From Myxococcales bacterium (GTDB lineage: Bacteria; Myxococcota; Myxococcia; Myxococcales; UBA5297): DNA of 64,000 nucleotides. The stretch's first letter is position 1. Every line of letters begins with the position of its first letter. Below the pieces are notes generated by a model that was not told where the DNA came from, ran no database searches, and saw only the letters and a list, made by a program, of their open reading frames with translations. Shown piece by piece: positions 29,152 through 38,997 of the stretch. Location: contig JBNKEI010000169.1 in the NCBI GenBank assembly GCA_050288705.1, positions 1,108-65,107 on the forward strand. The letters run 5' to 3'. Both the position numbers and the translations under genes were made by a program.

Positions 29152-30234
29152 TTACCGCTGGCCAAACGTTTGCGTCCAATAGCTCTGGTACTGAGATGCG
29201 CTAACATTTGCGTACCCCACCCCGATTTCATTCGAATTTGCATTAAGAATGTTTCTGCAATGCCCGGAAGAATTCATCCATCCAGCTACTACTGCTTGGG
29301 CACTACTATAACCTGCAGCAATATTTTCTCCGGTTGCGAAGGCAGTGTAATTAGCCTGCGCTATACGATCCCAGGGACTAGAACCATTTAATCCAGTATG
29401 GTTGAAGTAATTTTGATTTCCCATATCCAGACTGTGACAACGAGCAGCCTCGCGAAGGCGAGAGTCCATTACCAATGGCGATGAAGGAGCAAACCAAGTA
29501 CCTCCGCAGTTTCCACCTTGTGCCCGTTGCTGGTTGACTAACGCGACAACCTCATTTTCAAAAGCAACCCATGCTGTTGGCCAGGAAGCGGCATTACGGC
29601 AATCCAAAGCTGTACCCGGTTGTGGCTCGGGCTCTGGTTGTGGTTCAGGTTCAGGTTCCGGTTCAGGGGAATTTTGCTCGAACGAAGCAACTAAAGAGAC
29701 CCCCGAGAAGCTACTATAAGCGCTAACCATAACGTACCAGGTTCCCGATCGTGGTGCATTCACAACTACTGCTTCGTTATTGCCATTAAGATAGGGTCGG
29801 AAATCCCAAATTCTCAGCGTAGGAGCATCGCCATATTTAACATACAAATCGGCATCCCCTGTTCCTCCGGAGATTTTAAATTTCAAATTGGTTGCATTAG
29901 CTGGAACCTTAAACGTATAATTAAACTTTTCTCCTCGTACTCCTGACAAAGGAGAAATAGCAACATTGTTCTGCAGTGGAGTTAAAAAAGAAAGCCTGCT
30001 CTCTATCGACTCAATATCGTCGCTAACTTGCTTCTTTTCTACCGAATTATCTGCAAAAACGTCTTCGCTATCCGCAATAGGCTGTCCATTGCAACCAACC
30101 ACGAGTGTTATAGCACAAAAAACAGTAAGCAAAGTTGCTATGCGTGAAGCTACTTCAGGAACCATACGATTATCAGGTCCATTTATACTTCTCATTACTC
30201 GCTCCTTATCAATTTCGTTTGTTCGTAAAGACAA
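29152..30234 (-). CDS. Lipoprotein with PPC (pre-peptidase C-terminal) domain, Glu-Pro linker and CAP/SCP domain
   Basis: LVVGC lipobox; ISGGTGDADLYVKYG...GTWYVMV (PPC); (EP)n linker; LVNQQRA, ARCHSLDM, GENIAAG, WMNSSGHCRNI, YWTQTFG (CAP). True start probably downstream of 30234. Confidence 0.85.
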   Translation of the reverse strand: MSLRTNEIDKERVMRSINGPDNRMVPEVASRIATLLTVFCAITLVVGCNGQPIADSEDVFADNSVEKKQVSDDIESIESRLSFLTPLQNNVAISPLSGVRGEKFNYTFKVPANATNLKFKISGGTGDADLYVKYGDAPTLRIWDFRPYLNGNNEAVVVNAPRSGTWYVMVSAYSSFSGVSLVASFEQNSPEPEPEPEPQPEPEPQPGTALDCRNAASWPTAWVAFENEVVALVNQQRAQGGNCGGTWFAPSSPLVMDSRLREAARCHSLDMGNQNYFNHTGLNGSSPWDRIAQANYTAFATGENIAAGYSSAQAVVAGWMNSSGHCRNILNANSNEIGVGYANVSASQYQSYWTQTFGQR

Positions 30235-30470
30235 AAAGCTATCTAGTTATATTCCCTAAACCGGGGAATGCACCACAAAAAAGTCATAAAAGCACAATGC
30301 ATAACGCGTTTCAAGAAAAGAGCACAATTCTTAACCATCGATAGTTTCATCATTTACGAATCGGTTGCAAAATCATGGGCGATCAAACTGATCGCATTTC
30401 GGTTACAGATCGAGACACCATCCATAATCGAATTTTAAATTAGCTAATTAAATAAAAAACTCGGTAAAGC

Positions 30471-30680
30471 TTATTCTATTTTGGATTTTGCCACCGATAT
30501 ACTTAGCTGTTTATGAGCTCTTTTTAGACGAGATTTTACTGCCTCTTTAGTCAGCTTGAATTGGGTAGCTAATTCGTGAATCGAGCGCCCCTCACTCCGA
30601 AGAAGAAGCAGTTGACGGTTCAAAAACGGCAGTTTTCCAGCCATAGTTCGATGGGGGCATCTCCACATAGCCACGAAATC
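30471..30680 (-). pseudogene. Probable C-terminal remnant (region 4 HTH) of an ECF sigma factor
   Basis: LPFLNRQLLLLRSEGRSIHELATQFKLTKEAVKSRLKRAHKQL; the 5' part is replaced by duplicated DNA at 30681. Confidence 0.55.
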
Positions 30681-30907
30681 GGGACACAATTCTGAAAGAA
30701 CCGTGGTGGAAGAACTTCTTTTTGAGGGTGGTCAGAATTCGCTCTAGGTCTAGGGCGTGTCCCCATATCCAGCACCACGCCCTCCGTCATTCCCGATTCC
30801 CGCCTTCGCGGGAATGACGGAGCGGCGATGTCGGATATAGGGACATGCCCTAGTTTTTACTCCATGATCATCTCCTGAGAGAACTTTGGAGGCCTCTCAG
30901 GCTCTCA
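30681..30907 (+). repeat. Composite duplication of 28244..28297 and 29024..29097
   Basis: 30681..30734 matches 28244..28297 (1 mismatch). 30734..30753 plus 30854..30907 matches 29024..29097. Confidence 0.9.
30750..30853. mobile_element. About 100-bp palindromic MITE-like element inserted at CTAG
   Basis: CTAG-GGCGTGTCCCCATATCC...GGATATAGGGACATGCC-CTAG; empty site at 29040..29043; internal CTCCGTCATTCCCG...CGGGAATGACGGAG hairpin. Confidence 0.8.
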
Positions 30908-30911
30908 GGCT

Positions 30912-31304
30912 CTATCCCCCAGACTCCTCGTGAGCGATCATTCTTCTATTTACCCATATTCCCATCAAATAGGTCACCACAAAAATTGAAGCAAAAGGAA
31001 TCCAAGTACCTAAAGGACTTTTAAACATGTCCAAACTTTTATTAACGATTAAGGCCACCAGAAAAAAATCAACAAGAACAGTAAAACCAATAAATACCAA
31101 CGCCGTCATGAGAGGCCTAGTATAATTAAATTTTTTATGATAAGTAAATGACAATATTCCAAAAGCAATAGTTCCACCCACAGCGTGAATAATCAAGGCA
31201 ACCTGCATGGGAAATAGACGCATTCCCACACCCATAAGAGAAGCACAAATAAGCCATCCAATCAATGCAAACAACAAAACAATCGACTTCTTTTTTAATT
31301 CCAT
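30912..31304 (-). CDS. Small integral membrane protein (about 4 TM segments)
   Basis: 130 aa with four hydrophobic segments; GAGGAG RBS. Confidence 0.75.
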   Translation of the reverse strand: MELKKKSIVLLFALIGWLICASLMGVGMRLFPMQVALIIHAVGGTIAFGILSFTYHKKFNYTRPLMTALVFIGFTVLVDFFLVALIVNKSLDMFKSPLGTWIPFASIFVVTYLMGIWVNRRMIAHEESGG

Positions 31305-31319
31305 GTTATAAGTTCTCCT

Positions 31320-32747
31320 CTATTTACTTTCAACATATCGTTCATACAGTTTCTTTATTTCCGTCCCATCAAGTATATTCGTATAAATACTAAACTCATC
31401 TATCGACCCGTTCCATCGATAATCTGACCAATACTGCCCAATATATATATTTCCCAAATCTCCCGGGTCGCCAAATTCTTTCTGGTAATGCTGAGTTTCT
31501 CCTTGTTTCTCACCATCGACGAAAAATTCTATTTGTTTTTCTTCATTATCAACAGTCAATACAAAAAAGTGCCACTCATTTGCAGGAAATTTGTAACCTG
31601 ATCCAATTATTTCTGTGCTCCCATTTTCTATAACTATATCCCATTCTCCACCCGCAGTTCTGATATGAAACAACTTATCTATCCTGAAATAGGCGCATGT
31701 TATATTTGCATTTCGGCTTTGCAACCAGGCAGAAATGGTATACTTCTGCGATTCAAGCATCAAATCATTTTCCACCAACACATAGTCAGTATCACCATTC
31801 AACGCTATCGCACTACCCACTTTACCCTTAACAAATACTGGATTCCCATTAGCAGTTCCATCAAGCCCATTTTGCACCTCATCATAGGTATTTTCAAAAC
31901 TATAGTGGGCTACCGGAACCGGTTCAACCAATTGCTCGGAAAACACCATCCGCCCCCAATTTTCGGGACCACCGAAGGTGGCGCAATCGCTAGACCAGCA
32001 GGTATATTCGTTCTCACCGTCATCATTTCTGTCGTTGAGACTCAAGTTAAAACCAAACACCTGGTCTTTGATTGGCACATCGATCTTCCATTTCGACCAT
32101 GGTATGGCCATCTCCACAACATACCCTAAATCGGATTTGCCATCGTTCAGCTCTCCATCCAACTTAACGTATGAGGAAAAATCGCTGTCCCAGGCGAAAT
32201 CCAGAGAGTCGCCATTACCTTGCAAATCTGCCTGCGTTCCCCTTACCGACACTAAGAACTGGTAGTCATCAATATTCATTTTGGCGCCACCATCAAGTTT
32301 GGTATCAAACAACAATCCCAGCGAGTCTTCTAACCACAATCGGTCGTCGCGGTATTGGTAAACAGCGTGGAGTGCCGAATCTTCAACTCGGCCGGCTACG
32401 TATAAGGCCTGGTCATCCCACATAAACTGATATGCGCCCTTAGTCCCGCGCTGATTGTCCAGAATGATCTTGCCCGCGCTTCCAAACTCACTGTTGTTCC
32501 CATCAACAACGGCAGCCTTCGTGGCCCTTAGCACCTGATAGGTCTTTGCAGATTCACATATGCCTTGTACGCATGTTTTGCCACTAGGGCAGTCAGCGTT
32601 TTTCTTACATCCCGAGATGCAAACTTCTTCCTTACAGTACGCACCCGATGGACAATCTGCATTTTTCTGGCAGCTAAAAGGAAACTCTTTCTTGCAAGCT
32701 GATAGCCAAGCCACCCCAGCCAAAGCGAGAAAAACGAATTTATTCAT
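31320..32747 (-). CDS. Lipoprotein: two Cys-rich modules, CBM9-like sugar-binding domain and LamG/ConA-like domain
   Basis: Start MNKFVFLALAGVAWLSAC at 32747; CQKNADCPSGAYC and CKKNADCPSGKTC; MWDDQALYVAGRVED, GYVVEMAIPW (CBM9-like); GSAIALNG, EWHFFVLT, WNGSIDEFSIY (LamG). Confidence 0.8.
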   Translation of the reverse strand: MNKFVFLALAGVAWLSACKKEFPFSCQKNADCPSGAYCKEEVCISGCKKNADCPSGKTCVQGICESAKTYQVLRATKAAVVDGNNSEFGSAGKIILDNQRGTKGAYQFMWDDQALYVAGRVEDSALHAVYQYRDDRLWLEDSLGLLFDTKLDGGAKMNIDDYQFLVSVRGTQADLQGNGDSLDFAWDSDFSSYVKLDGELNDGKSDLGYVVEMAIPWSKWKIDVPIKDQVFGFNLSLNDRNDDGENEYTCWSSDCATFGGPENWGRMVFSEQLVEPVPVAHYSFENTYDEVQNGLDGTANGNPVFVKGKVGSAIALNGDTDYVLVENDLMLESQKYTISAWLQSRNANITCAYFRIDKLFHIRTAGGEWDIVIENGSTEIIGSGYKFPANEWHFFVLTVDNEEKQIEFFVDGEKQGETQHYQKEFGDPGDLGNIYIGQYWSDYRWNGSIDEFSIYTNILDGTEIKKLYERYVESK

Positions 32748-33055
32748 AAATAGCCTCTTCATGAACAGCTCAAACTTCATCATGCCCGCTGCATTTTCAT
32801 TAATGAATTCAAAACTGACGCAGCAGGCACAGCCATGGTTAGCAAAAAAAACTTTAGATTGGCAAGAAAATAATAGTACAACACTGAGCGCAAGTTGTAT
32901 TTGGAACAACGCATATTAAAAATATTAATATTATTTTTAATTACACCGTAATATAATTTTCATTATGTTGATTCTTGCTGCAAGTAAGTGTAAGACTTTC
33001 AATAGCTCTAGCGCTTGGTATGCTCCAAGGTGGGATATGACAAACGGAGGAAAAA

Positions 33056-34354
33056 ATGCGTAGGATAGTTAGTACATTGTTCGTTATTTTGTCGATTACG
33101 GCAGTATTCTACTGCAGTGGACAGAACACTGAAAGCAAAGACCCTTCTTCTGAAGATCCCACTGATAATCCTGGTGATGGTGGCGATGATGAACAGCCAA
33201 ATGGACAAGAACCGGAGGGAGAACCCGAGGAAGAAGTTATCCCTAGCGTGAAAGGAGTAGAAGCTTTGGGGGTACGATGGGTGGGACGAGTAGACACCAC
33301 TGCTGATAAACCATGTTTTTCCTGGTCAGGCTCTGGCTTTGTAGCCCGGTTTACTGGCACCAACATTACAGTAAAAATTAAAAATGATCGCGACATATAT
33401 TTTCAGCCAGTAATGGATGGAAAACCTTTGGACCGCGTAGAGATGAGGGCAGGAGAAGACACCTATGTGGGAAGAGTTTCTGAGGACAAAGCAGAACATA
33501 TTTTTGAATATTATCGAGAAACCGAAGGATATTCTTTCGGAGCCTCGCAATTGTTAGAAATAAAAGTTGAAAATGGGTCATTGTTAGAGCCACCCCTTTT
33601 TAGTGGACGAACTATTGAAATTGTTGGCGACTCTATCTCCGCAGGGTATGGTAATTTGGGCGAAGAAATACACCCTAATTGGGGAGACGCCATAGCACCA
33701 TGTCGATTTAGCCCATTCACAGAAAGCGCATACGCAACTTACGGGTGGTTGGCAGCAAAAAAACTCAAAGCTGATGCAAGTATATTAGCAGCTTCTGGAT
33801 TTGGAATGTACCAGAGCAATCAAGGCTCTACTGAACACGTACTCCCCAAGTTCTATAATCGCATCATTGCAGACAACGAGAACCCTACTTGGAATTTTAA
33901 TGAAAAAGTTAGACCACAAGTAGTTGTAATCAATCTAGGCACTAATGATTTTTATTCTGGAAATAAATGCCCGACAGTGAATGCAGAATATTATAAAGAA
34001 GCCTATTCAGATTTTATCAATACTATCCGCAAAAATAACTCCCAGGCATGGATATTTTGCACCATCGGACCAATGCTTTCTGATTGGTATCCATCCGGTT
34101 GCAAAGTTTTAACCAATGTAAAAACACATATACAATCAGTCATTGAAAAACATCAAGCTGATGGCGATGACCGAATTAGTTTTTTAGAGTTCCATCCGGA
34201 ATCTGATCTTTCTGATTGCACTCCCGACTATAAAAGCTGTACCGAAACAACTGGCTGTGACTGGCATCCAAACGTAACTGTTCAACAAAGAATGGCGGAC
34301 ATTTTAGTTCAGGCGATCAAACAAAAAGTTCAAGAAAAGAAAATATCTTGGTAA
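33056..34354 (+). CDS. Secreted/lipoprotein SGNH hydrolase, carbohydrate esterase family 2-like
   Basis: FSWSGSG N-domain, IEIVGDSISAGYG, INLGTNDF, CDWHP; acidic linker after the signal peptide. Confidence 0.85.
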   Translation: MRRIVSTLFVILSITAVFYCSGQNTESKDPSSEDPTDNPGDGGDDEQPNGQEPEGEPEEEVIPSVKGVEALGVRWVGRVDTTADKPCFSWSGSGFVARFTGTNITVKIKNDRDIYFQPVMDGKPLDRVEMRAGEDTYVGRVSEDKAEHIFEYYRETEGYSFGASQLLEIKVENGSLLEPPLFSGRTIEIVGDSISAGYGNLGEEIHPNWGDAIAPCRFSPFTESAYATYGWLAAKKLKADASILAASGFGMYQSNQGSTEHVLPKFYNRIIADNENPTWNFNEKVRPQVVVINLGTNDFYSGNKCPTVNAEYYKEAYSDFINTIRKNNSQAWIFCTIGPMLSDWYPSGCKVLTNVKTHIQSVIEKHQADGDDRISFLEFHPESDLSDCTPDYKSCTETTGCDWHPNVTVQQRMADILVQAIKQKVQEKKISW

Positions 34355-34527
34355 ACTATCAATTTTACCTGCCATACACTCAACTCAATCTCCCTACATG
34401 AGCGGAGCATCCAAAAAACAAAAGCTTGCAAAAAATAGAATTGACAATCAATTTCCCACAAACCATCGGGGAGAGTAAACTACCGGTTTTTTTGGCTAGC
34501 GGCGCCACATTTCAAAAAGAGAGACTT

Positions 34528-36210
34528 ATGAGTGACGGCAACTTCATTTACACTACCCAAGAGCTTAGCCGGGTTCACCCGCCCGACAAAGTAGTCATTA
34601 AAGATCTTTCTCTATGTTTCTTTTTCGGGGCCAAAATCGGAATTATTGGGGGCAACGGTGCAGGAAAAAGCTCGTTGCTCAAAATTATGGCCGGATTAGA
34701 CAACGATTTCTTGGGACATGCCAAGCCGGCTGAGGGCATCAAAATTGGCTACCTTGCTCAAGAACCCCAACTCGACTCGTCGAAAAATGTTTTTGAAAAC
34801 GTACTGGAAGGCGCCAAAGAAACCAAAGCGCTGCTTACTCGCTTTGACGAGATTAATAATCGTCTCGGGGAATGCCCTGACGAAAAAGAAATGGAAAAGC
34901 TGCTTAGCGAGCAAGCGAAAGTTCAAGATGCTATTGATGCCGCTAATGCCTGGGAACTCGATCGCACTATCGAACGCGCCATGGATGCATTGCGATGCCC
35001 TCCAGCAGACCAAGATGTAACCGTTCTTTCTGGTGGAGAAAAGCGACGCGTAGCGCTATGCCGAGTTTTGTTGGAAAGACCCGATCTTCTCCTTTTGGAT
35101 GAACCCACTAACCATCTAGACGCCGAATCAGTTGCCTGGCTAGAACATCATTTACAGGAATATCCCGGCACCGTAATTGCTATCACCCACGACCGTTACT
35201 TTTTAGACAATGTAGCCCAATGGATTTTGGAGCTCGATCGCGGAGAAGGGTTTCCCTACAAAGGAAACTATTCAGGGTGGCTGGAGCAAAAACGAAAGCG
35301 GCTAGAATTAGAGGAAAGAACCCAAAGCGCTCGCCAACGAACTTTGCAACGAGAATTAGAATGGGTGCGCATGGCCCCGCGAGCCCGCCAAGCCAAAGGA
35401 AAAGCCCGTTTGGCCGCTTATGAAAAACTTCTGGCCGAAAAGAGCGAATCTCGCGAAATCACTGCAGAAATCAATATTCCTCCCGGTCCGCGACTAGGAG
35501 ACTCGGTGGTTCTGGCAAAGGGATTATGCAAATCCTTTGGCGATAAAATGCTAATCGACAATCTCGACTTCCGACTTCCTCCTGGTGGAATTGTCGGGGT
35601 GATTGGCCCCAACGGAGCAGGAAAAACTACCCTATTTAAAATGATTACTGGCCTGGAAAAACCCGACGCCGGTACTCTCGAAGTAGGTCCCACCGTACGG
35701 CTAGCTTACGTTGACCAAAGCCGCGATATTCTCGACCCCGACAAAACTATATTTGAGGAAGTTTGTGAAAAACTTGACTACATAGAAATAGGACGTACGC
35801 GCATTGCTTCCCGAGCTTGGCTCTCCGGATTCGGTTTCAAAGGCGCTGACCAGCAAAAACGTGTTGAATTTCTTTCTGGAGGTGAACGTAATCGGGTACA
35901 CCTAGCCAGGGTACTAAAAAGTGCTGGCAACGTTTTGCTGCTCGACGAGCCTACTAACGACTTAGATGTTGACACCCTGCGCGCTTTGGAAGATGCCCTG
36001 CTAGAATTTCCTGGATGTGCGGTAGTAATCAGCCACGATCGCTGGTTTTTGGACCGTATTGCTACCCATATTCTCTCTTTTGAAGGAAATAGCAAAGTGG
36101 TCTGGTTCGAAGGTAATTATCAAGATTACGAAGCCGACCGCAAACGTCGACTGGGTTCGGAAGCAGACACACCTCATAGAATTCAGTACAAAAAACTTGC
36201 GGTTAGCTGA
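34528..36210 (+). CDS. ettA: Energy-dependent translational throttle ABC-F protein
   Basis: Two ABC domains ([32 protein letters not shown]); [18 protein letters not shown] linker; PHRIQYKKL end. Confidence 0.95.
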   Translation: MSDGNFIYTTQELSRVHPPDKVVIKDLSLCFFFGAKIGIIGGNGAGKSSLLKIMAGLDNDFLGHAKPAEGIKIGYLAQEPQLDSSKNVFENVLEGAKETKALLTRFDEINNRLGECPDEKEMEKLLSEQAKVQDAIDAANAWELDRTIERAMDALRCPPADQDVTVLSGGEKRRVALCRVLLERPDLLLLDEPTNHLDAESVAWLEHHLQEYPGTVIAITHDRYFLDNVAQWILELDRGEGFPYKGNYSGWLEQKRKRLELEERTQSARQRTLQRELEWVRMAPRARQAKGKARLAAYEKLLAEKSESREITAEINIPPGPRLGDSVVLAKGLCKSFGDKMLIDNLDFRLPPGGIVGVIGPNGAGKTTLFKMITGLEKPDAGTLEVGPTVRLAYVDQSRDILDPDKTIFEEVCEKLDYIEIGRTRIASRAWLSGFGFKGADQQKRVEFLSGGERNRVHLARVLKSAGNVLLLDEPTNDLDVDTLRALEDALLEFPGCAVVISHDRWFLDRIATHILSFEGNSKVVWFEGNYQDYEADRKRRLGSEADTPHRIQYKKLAVS

Positions 36211-36291
36211 TTATCGCTATAGCCAGTTTTAAACTGCTGCTTTCAATACCTAAACAACGATTAAGGACTGGCTTGGTAAAACGAGGCTTTT

Positions 36292-36708
36292 ATGACCGAA
36301 AAATCATTGACTTCAGCGGGAAACAACGAGCACTGCCTTGCCTGCAAAGTCTACTACGAAGACACTGATTGCGGCGGCGTAGTGTATCACGCTAATTACC
36401 TCAAATACCTGGAGCGAGCCCGTACCGAACTGCTGAATAGTCGTGGTCCTTCCATAGTCGAATGGGCAAAGAAGGGGTTTACTTTTGTAGTGTACCACCT
36501 AGAAATCGCCTACCGATTTCCTGCAGGCCTGGGAGATGAATTAGCAGTTTTTTCTCGCGCATGCCCTACTTCGCCTTATCGGGTAACTTTTGATCAGCGA
36601 ATTATGCTTTCCGGCCAGGAGAGCAAATTGTTAATCAAAGCAAAGGTAGAGGTAGTTTGCATTGACCAAGAAGGCAACCTCCAGGCTTTTCCGGATATAA
36701 ATTGGTAA
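36292..36708 (+). CDS. YbgC/FadM-family acyl-CoA thioesterase
   Basis: KVYYEDTDCGGVVYHANYLKYLERARTE. Confidence 0.9.
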   Translation: MTEKSLTSAGNNEHCLACKVYYEDTDCGGVVYHANYLKYLERARTELLNSRGPSIVEWAKKGFTFVVYHLEIAYRFPAGLGDELAVFSRACPTSPYRVTFDQRIMLSGQESKLLIKAKVEVVCIDQEGNLQAFPDINW

Positions 36709-36856
36709 GAACAGCATTATAAAGGGCTAATTTCCAACCTGCTGCTGGATTGGTACATCCATGAAAAAGAAAACTAGAGCGAAGGTTGCCAAGCCAGTAA
36801 AAGAGCGAAAAAATGGGTTTTGAAATTGCCTTAAAAGAGAAGAAAGGAGCATTAAA

Positions 36857-37462
36857 GTGAATTTCTTCCCGAATTTGAACCAAGGGTCTCGTCTAATAGC
36901 TACTGGTCTAGCAGTTGCACTTGCAACAATACCTGGAACTTTGTGCCTTGCCGACTCCAAGGCTCCCCAAGAAATCGAAACCGAAAGTCTTGCCGCTGGC
37001 GCATGCATTGGTCGCGGTGCAGGAACAGTAGGGGGCTATGTAAAATTTCGTCCTTTTGATTTTTTGGGAATCGAGGCCAGCTTAGGCAAACGGCTATTTA
37101 AATTCGATGATTTCGGGGATATTGAATTTTATTGGCCTACTACGGGAGCCGTGCGGGTGGAATTCTTTTTTATGGATCGGTTTCAACGTCTGCAAGCAGG
37201 CATTTCTAGTGGGCTTCTTGCCGCTCAAGACATGGGACTGGGAGTGGATCTTGCCGGCATTGTAACTTGGCGAATACACCGGCATATTCACCTGGATGGA
37301 CTTTTGGGGATAGCAGTTTTTCCACAAATTAAATCGCGTCAAATCAATTATTTAATCAACAAAAGCGGTCGTACCGAATCATTTTATAAGCATAGCGCCA
37401 CTTTTGTAGATATTTCGCCAATCATTCCCATGTGGGGAATGGGCATTGCCTGGGTATTTTAG
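36857..37462 (+). CDS. Secreted hypothetical protein, probable small outer-membrane beta-barrel
   Basis: Signal peptide, alternating amphipathic strands, C-terminal WGMGIAWVF. Confidence 0.6.
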   Translation: MNFFPNLNQGSRLIATGLAVALATIPGTLCLADSKAPQEIETESLAAGACIGRGAGTVGGYVKFRPFDFLGIEASLGKRLFKFDDFGDIEFYWPTTGAVRVEFFFMDRFQRLQAGISSGLLAAQDMGLGVDLAGIVTWRIHRHIHLDGLLGIAVFPQIKSRQINYLINKSGRTESFYKHSATFVDISPIIPMWGMGIAWVF

Positions 37463-37464
37463 TC

Positions 37465-38931
37465 ATGATCAAACCTACAAAAACCTCGGTTGCCGCACTG
37501 GTGGAACAATTACAGCCATTTTTTACTATTCTCCGCCGAGAAGACGCCCACTCTCTAACGCAAATCCCTGAATACGTTCAAGAGATTTGGACTAGGCTCG
37601 TACCTTATTTTCGCACTTCATTGCACGAGGCATGGAATGATGTTTGGGAAAATCAAGATGATGAAGAGTCCCTAGCTTCTTTTCGTTTTCAACTACGCAA
37701 ATTATTGACTAAAGAAAAAAAACTCGATGAGGAACTAGCTGGTTTTCTGGGGTTGCAAAACACCGCTCCTCGCCCCTTTTCTTCTTCGTCTTTCCAAGGA
37801 TTAGACCCCTCAGACGAAACATTACGCCGCTTAGAAATGGTGCGCTTGCTGCGTTGGGGAGTCAAGCCAGAAAAAATCACCAAAGCGTTCAATATTAATC
37901 AGCAACAACTGTTCGCGATTCATGCTTCCTTTACTTCTCACGGCGTTAGCGGAATTCTTCCCGGAAACCTTGCTAGGCGTTGGTTTGAGCAGCTTAATCG
38001 CGACGATCCCATGTTGCGTCGACTGGAGATGGTACGCTTAGCTAGAACAGGAGTTCCCGCAGAGATTGCCGGTTCTGAATTTGGAGCAGTTCCTGAATAC
38101 GTGGAAAAGCTTTCTACCCGGTTTGCCAAAAATGGTTTTGCCGGATTACTCACTGAAGAAGAAGAAAACAAAGCCCGCCAGTCCCGGCCATCGGCAATAC
38201 GTATCGCCACCTATAACTTGCACGGGATTCACGACGGAAATGATTTGCGTTTTCGCTATATTGCTCGCGAGTTAAGCGCTTTCGAACCAGAGATAGTGGC
38301 TTTTCAAGAAGCGATTAATGGCAACGGAATCCGGGAAACCAGTGCTCAGGTAGCGCAAAAAATGTCCGCCATGATTGGTGCACACTATCGAACATTTTAC
38401 TCCCATTGCCATTTGTATCGCGAGACTTATCCGGAAGGTGTTGCGGTCTGCGCGCGTTTTGCTTTCACTAATCCTCAAACTATTGACCTCAATGAAAAGC
38501 TCAGAGATGGCTTGAAGCCTACTATGCCGCGATATGCTTCCGCTTTTCAAATCCAGATTCGAGAGAAGAAAGTAGCTGTAGCCTCTACGCATCTCGATCA
38601 TGGAAGCAGTTCGGATGTTCGCGCCGCACAAGCAGAAAAACTTGTTTTGGAAATGGAAAAGCTGTATCCCCACGTCGATATTTTAATAATTGCCGGAGAC
38701 ATGAATGACGTGGAGAATTCATTGACTCTCGAACAATTCCGATCAAAGGGATATATAGACGCATATCGCAGTTGCCAGCCAAGGGGGGGGAATACGTTTA
38801 CTGCTGACCATCCTCATACTCGCATTGACTTTATACTCATAAAAGGCTCGGTCAAGCTGGTAAGCGCGCGTACTATTTTGGCAGATCCCCGATGCAGCGA
38901 TCACTTAGGAGTATTAGTGACATGCATTTAA
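37465..38931 (+). CDS. Tandem HTH repeats fused to an endonuclease/exonuclease/phosphatase (EEP) domain
   Basis: Two repeats D..LRRLEMVRL.R.GV..E....F...........F...G..G.L. EEP motifs IATYNLHG, AFQEA, STHLD, IAGDMND, RIDFILI, SDHLGV. ATG 37465 lies 2 bp after the previous stop. Confidence 0.85.
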   Translation: MIKPTKTSVAALVEQLQPFFTILRREDAHSLTQIPEYVQEIWTRLVPYFRTSLHEAWNDVWENQDDEESLASFRFQLRKLLTKEKKLDEELAGFLGLQNTAPRPFSSSSFQGLDPSDETLRRLEMVRLLRWGVKPEKITKAFNINQQQLFAIHASFTSHGVSGILPGNLARRWFEQLNRDDPMLRRLEMVRLARTGVPAEIAGSEFGAVPEYVEKLSTRFAKNGFAGLLTEEEENKARQSRPSAIRIATYNLHGIHDGNDLRFRYIARELSAFEPEIVAFQEAINGNGIRETSAQVAQKMSAMIGAHYRTFYSHCHLYRETYPEGVAVCARFAFTNPQTIDLNEKLRDGLKPTMPRYASAFQIQIREKKVAVASTHLDHGSSSDVRAAQAEKLVLEMEKLYPHVDILIIAGDMNDVENSLTLEQFRSKGYIDAYRSCQPRGGNTFTADHPHTRIDFILIKGSVKLVSARTILADPRCSDHLGVLVTCI

Positions 38932-38997
38932 ATTGAAATTGCCTGCATTTCGATATATCTACCTATAAAATCATTTAAGATCTCACGAGGTAGGATA

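Noticed and set aside
29620-29670. GGTTCA/GGCTCG-type short repeats
   Set aside because: They encode the Glu-Pro linker of the CAP protein.
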